This document shows positions 36,234-38,293 of a stretch of DNA of 38,293 nt, piece after piece (the first letter of the stretch is position 1; each line of letters begins with the position of its first letter). The notes below the pieces were generated by a model. It was not told where the DNA came from, did not search any database, and saw only the letters and a list, made by a program, of their open reading frames with translations. The stretch is taken from IMG/VR virus record IMGVR_UViG_3300048850_000084, positions 1 to 38,293 of that record. One strand, written 5' to 3'. The DNA comes from a virus (Duplodnaviria > Caudoviricetes). A program made the position numbers and the translations under genes.

Positions 36234-38293
36234 ATGAATGCCTTCTCTGCTTCGGTCGCGCTCGACCCGGCCGGGACGCTGCAAAACCGTCTCGGCCGGC
36301 TCTGGATCGGCGATACGGCCGATGCCGTGGCGCAGTTCCTGAATGTCGTCCGCGCGCCGCGGCAGGTCGATGGCGTGGAGTTCCTGTGGCGCAGGCCTGA
36401 CCTACTCGAGTTCACCACGCCCGGCATCCCAGATGCGGGAACGCCGGCGCCGTTCTGGCGGAGCAAGTGGGAGGTGGACCAGGCGGGCCGGTGGGCAGTC
36501 CGCGCCAAGTCGGCCGAGCCGGCGGTTAAGCTCGACTGGTGCTTCTTCGACGTGTTCGCGGGGCCAGGTGATGAGATTGCGCCAGTCGGTGCGATGTGGG
36601 TATCGAGCGACGGATCTCCCCTGACCACTGGTACGGGCGGAGTTCTCAGCGCACTCCGCGTCGACAAGCTGCCCCCGAGCGGAGCGCTCGCGGCCGGAGG
36701 GAAGCTGCCCTATGTCACGCCGGAGGGTGAGACCAAGGCACTCCCTGGTCAGGCGGTGATCGACGCCGCCCTCTCCACCGTCGCCCCCGCCGTCCAACAG
36801 GTCACCCAAGCCGCCGCGACCGTCGCCACCCAGGCGGGGGAGGTGGCGGGGAATGCGCAGGCGGCGCAGGAAGCGGCGGAGGCGGCTTCCCAGAGCGCCG
36901 AGCAGGCCGGGACGGCAGGGGCCGAAGCGGGATCGGCCAGTGGCGCTGAGGCGGGCTCAGCAGCAGCTCAAGCTGTTCTAAATGCGAAGGCGGATATAGC
37001 GGCACTTGATGAAGCCACGACCTTCACGGCCGGGTACACCGGGGCGGCTCCCCGTCCGCTGAAGGACTGGGCAGCCGATGGCGGGCCGTCCATCCGCGAC
37101 TGGCGACTGTCTACTGACCCCGTGAACGACTGGGGGAGCACCATCGATCGGGCGGCGCAGGCGGTGTCGAATGCCGGCGGAGGATCGCTGCGTGTTCCTG
37201 TCGGCGTCTTCGTGCTGGATCAGCCGCACACCCCTAAGAGCGGCGTGATCCTCACTGGATCAGACCGGCGACAGGCGATCCTACAAAAGTCAGGGGGGTC
37301 AAATACATTCGATCTGATCCACATTTCGGGGGCGGTGTCTAACATCGCTCTCCGAGAGCTTGGTCTTGACGGTAATCGGCGCGCCCAAACTGATGCGGCA
37401 GCGGCTCAGTCTACCATTGCAATTGATGATCCAACCACAACAGCCAGTGACTGCCGGATAGAGCGGTGTCGCATCTGGCAGTGGTCGCAGCAAGGCATGG
37501 GCGTACACGTTAAGGGTTACCGGGGCGTTATCCTCCATGACAACGACATTGAAGACGGTGGAGACCCGAGCCTATATCACGCCATCTACACGCGGCGATG
37601 CAGCGACGTTGCCGTGACATGGAACCGCATCAAGAACGCTCTCGGGCAAGGCGTTAAAGTAGTTGATAATCAAGTCAGCGCCTACGACTGCCTGGTTGCG
37701 TACAATCGAATTGAGGGCGGTAATCGAGGCATCGCTGTCAGCGATGTGGACGACGTAACCATCATCGGAAACCGCATTTACAACATGGTTTCTGAAGGCA
37801 TTCGTCTTGGGACCGAGAGCGAACCGAGCCTCACTAACGCTCAGATCCTTTCAAATCGCATTGCCTTTGCGGGGGACGGCATCGTTCTGGTAGCGGCCCA
37901 TCGCACAATCGTTCAAGGCAACGTCATTAGAGAGGCAACAGCCTCAGGCATCCAGATCAACGGTACGATTGGAACGAATGTCGAGGGTAACGCTGTTATC
38001 AACACGATTACACCCATTCCAGCAGGCCAAGGCGTGCATCAGATTACTGTTCCGCCTAGCGGAGCTTGTAGCAATCTGAAGGTGATCGGAAATCATCTTC
38101 GCTTGGGCGTTGGCGGTGGTACGTCTCGTAACGGCATCAACATCCGTGGTTCTGGACACACGGATGTCACTATCGCAGACAACGCCTTTGAAGGCGGAGG
38201 CTTCACTACCCGCGAAGCATCTTCGGTGGACTACAAGATATCGCCTCATCGGGTAATGCGTGTTGCGACGGGGAAGGTGGATGATACCACCCC
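36234..38293 (+). CDS. Tailspike/depolymerase-like right-handed beta-helix protein (3'-truncated by window)
   Basis: Open frame from ATG 36234 to the window end; Ala-rich stalk, then GGGSLRVPVG...LDGN and repeated IxxNxI / GI rungs. Confidence 0.85.
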   Translation, partial: MNAFSASVALDPAGTLQNRLGRLWIGDTADAVAQFLNVVRAPRQVDGVEFLWRRPDLLEFTTPGIPDAGTPAPFWRSKWEVDQAGRWAVRAKSAEPAVKLDWCFFDVFAGPGDEIAPVGAMWVSSDGSPLTTGTGGVLSALRVDKLPPSGALAAGGKLPYVTPEGETKALPGQAVIDAALSTVAPAVQQVTQAAATVATQAGEVAGNAQAAQEAAEAASQSAEQAGTAGAEAGSASGAEAGSAAAQAVLNAKADIAALDEATTFTAGYTGAAPRPLKDWAADGGPSIRDWRLSTDPVNDWGSTIDRAAQAVSNAGGGSLRVPVGVFVLDQPHTPKSGVILTGSDRRQAILQKSGGSNTFDLIHISGAVSNIALRELGLDGNRRAQTDAAAAQSTIAIDDPTTTASDCRIERCRIWQWSQQGMGVHVKGYRGVILHDNDIEDGGDPSLYHAIYTRRCSDVAVTWNRIKNALGQGVKVVDNQVSAYDCLVAYNRIEGGNRGIAVSDVDDVTIIGNRIYNMVSEGIRLGTESEPSLTNAQILSNRIAFAGDGIVLVAAHRTIVQGNVIREATASGIQINGTIGTNVEGNAVINTITPIPAGQGVHQITVPPSGACSNLKVIGNHLRLGVGGGTSRNGINIRGSGHTDVTIADNAFEGGGFTTREASSVDYKISPHRVMRVATGKVDDTT

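Larger units (their letters stand above)
532..38293. mobile_element. Temperate prophage with lambda-like head and Mu-like contractile tail; continues beyond the window
   Basis: Ordered excisionase, immunity, replication, packaging, head, tail and fibre modules. Confidence 0.95.

Noticed and set aside
35167-38293. Diversity-generating retroelement or invertible fibre cassette
   Set aside because: No reverse transcriptase, invertase or repeated template seen within the window
1-38293. CRISPR array, rRNA, IS elements
   Set aside because: No regularly spaced repeats, rRNA-like sequence or transposase motifs recognised

Overview
High-GC alphaproteobacterial DNA (Acetobacteraceae/Roseomonas-like by gene content; this is inference) almost entirely occupied by one temperate prophage that runs off the right end. 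Bases 1-~530 are the 3' part of a minus-strand phage-type capsid-assembly/scaffold-like gene that appears cut at an att-like junction (~530-612). After the junction come an AT-richer stand-alone HEPN gene and a leftward early operon (AlpA-type excisionase, small ORFs, beta-clamp, HNH remnant, MarR). Next is an immunity region (CI with S24 peptidase, Cro, repeated operators, a LexA-boxed small gene) and a rightward operon (CII-like, nuclease-like, GapR/DUF2312, DUF1376 initiator with iterons, loader-like, late-regulator-like). A reverse-strand cargo cluster includes a tandem DUF2934 protein. The late region has a promoter/terminator pair, a lambda-type head module (Nu1/GpA terminase, gpW, portal, S49 protease, scaffold, D, E) and a Mu-type contractile tail (sheath, tube, duplicated chaperone with -1 frameshift, tape measure with SLT domain, split gpN, gp44-48). 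It ends with a short fibre and a truncated beta-helix tailspike. No integrase or lysis cassette is visible. All family calls come from motif recognition, not database searches.
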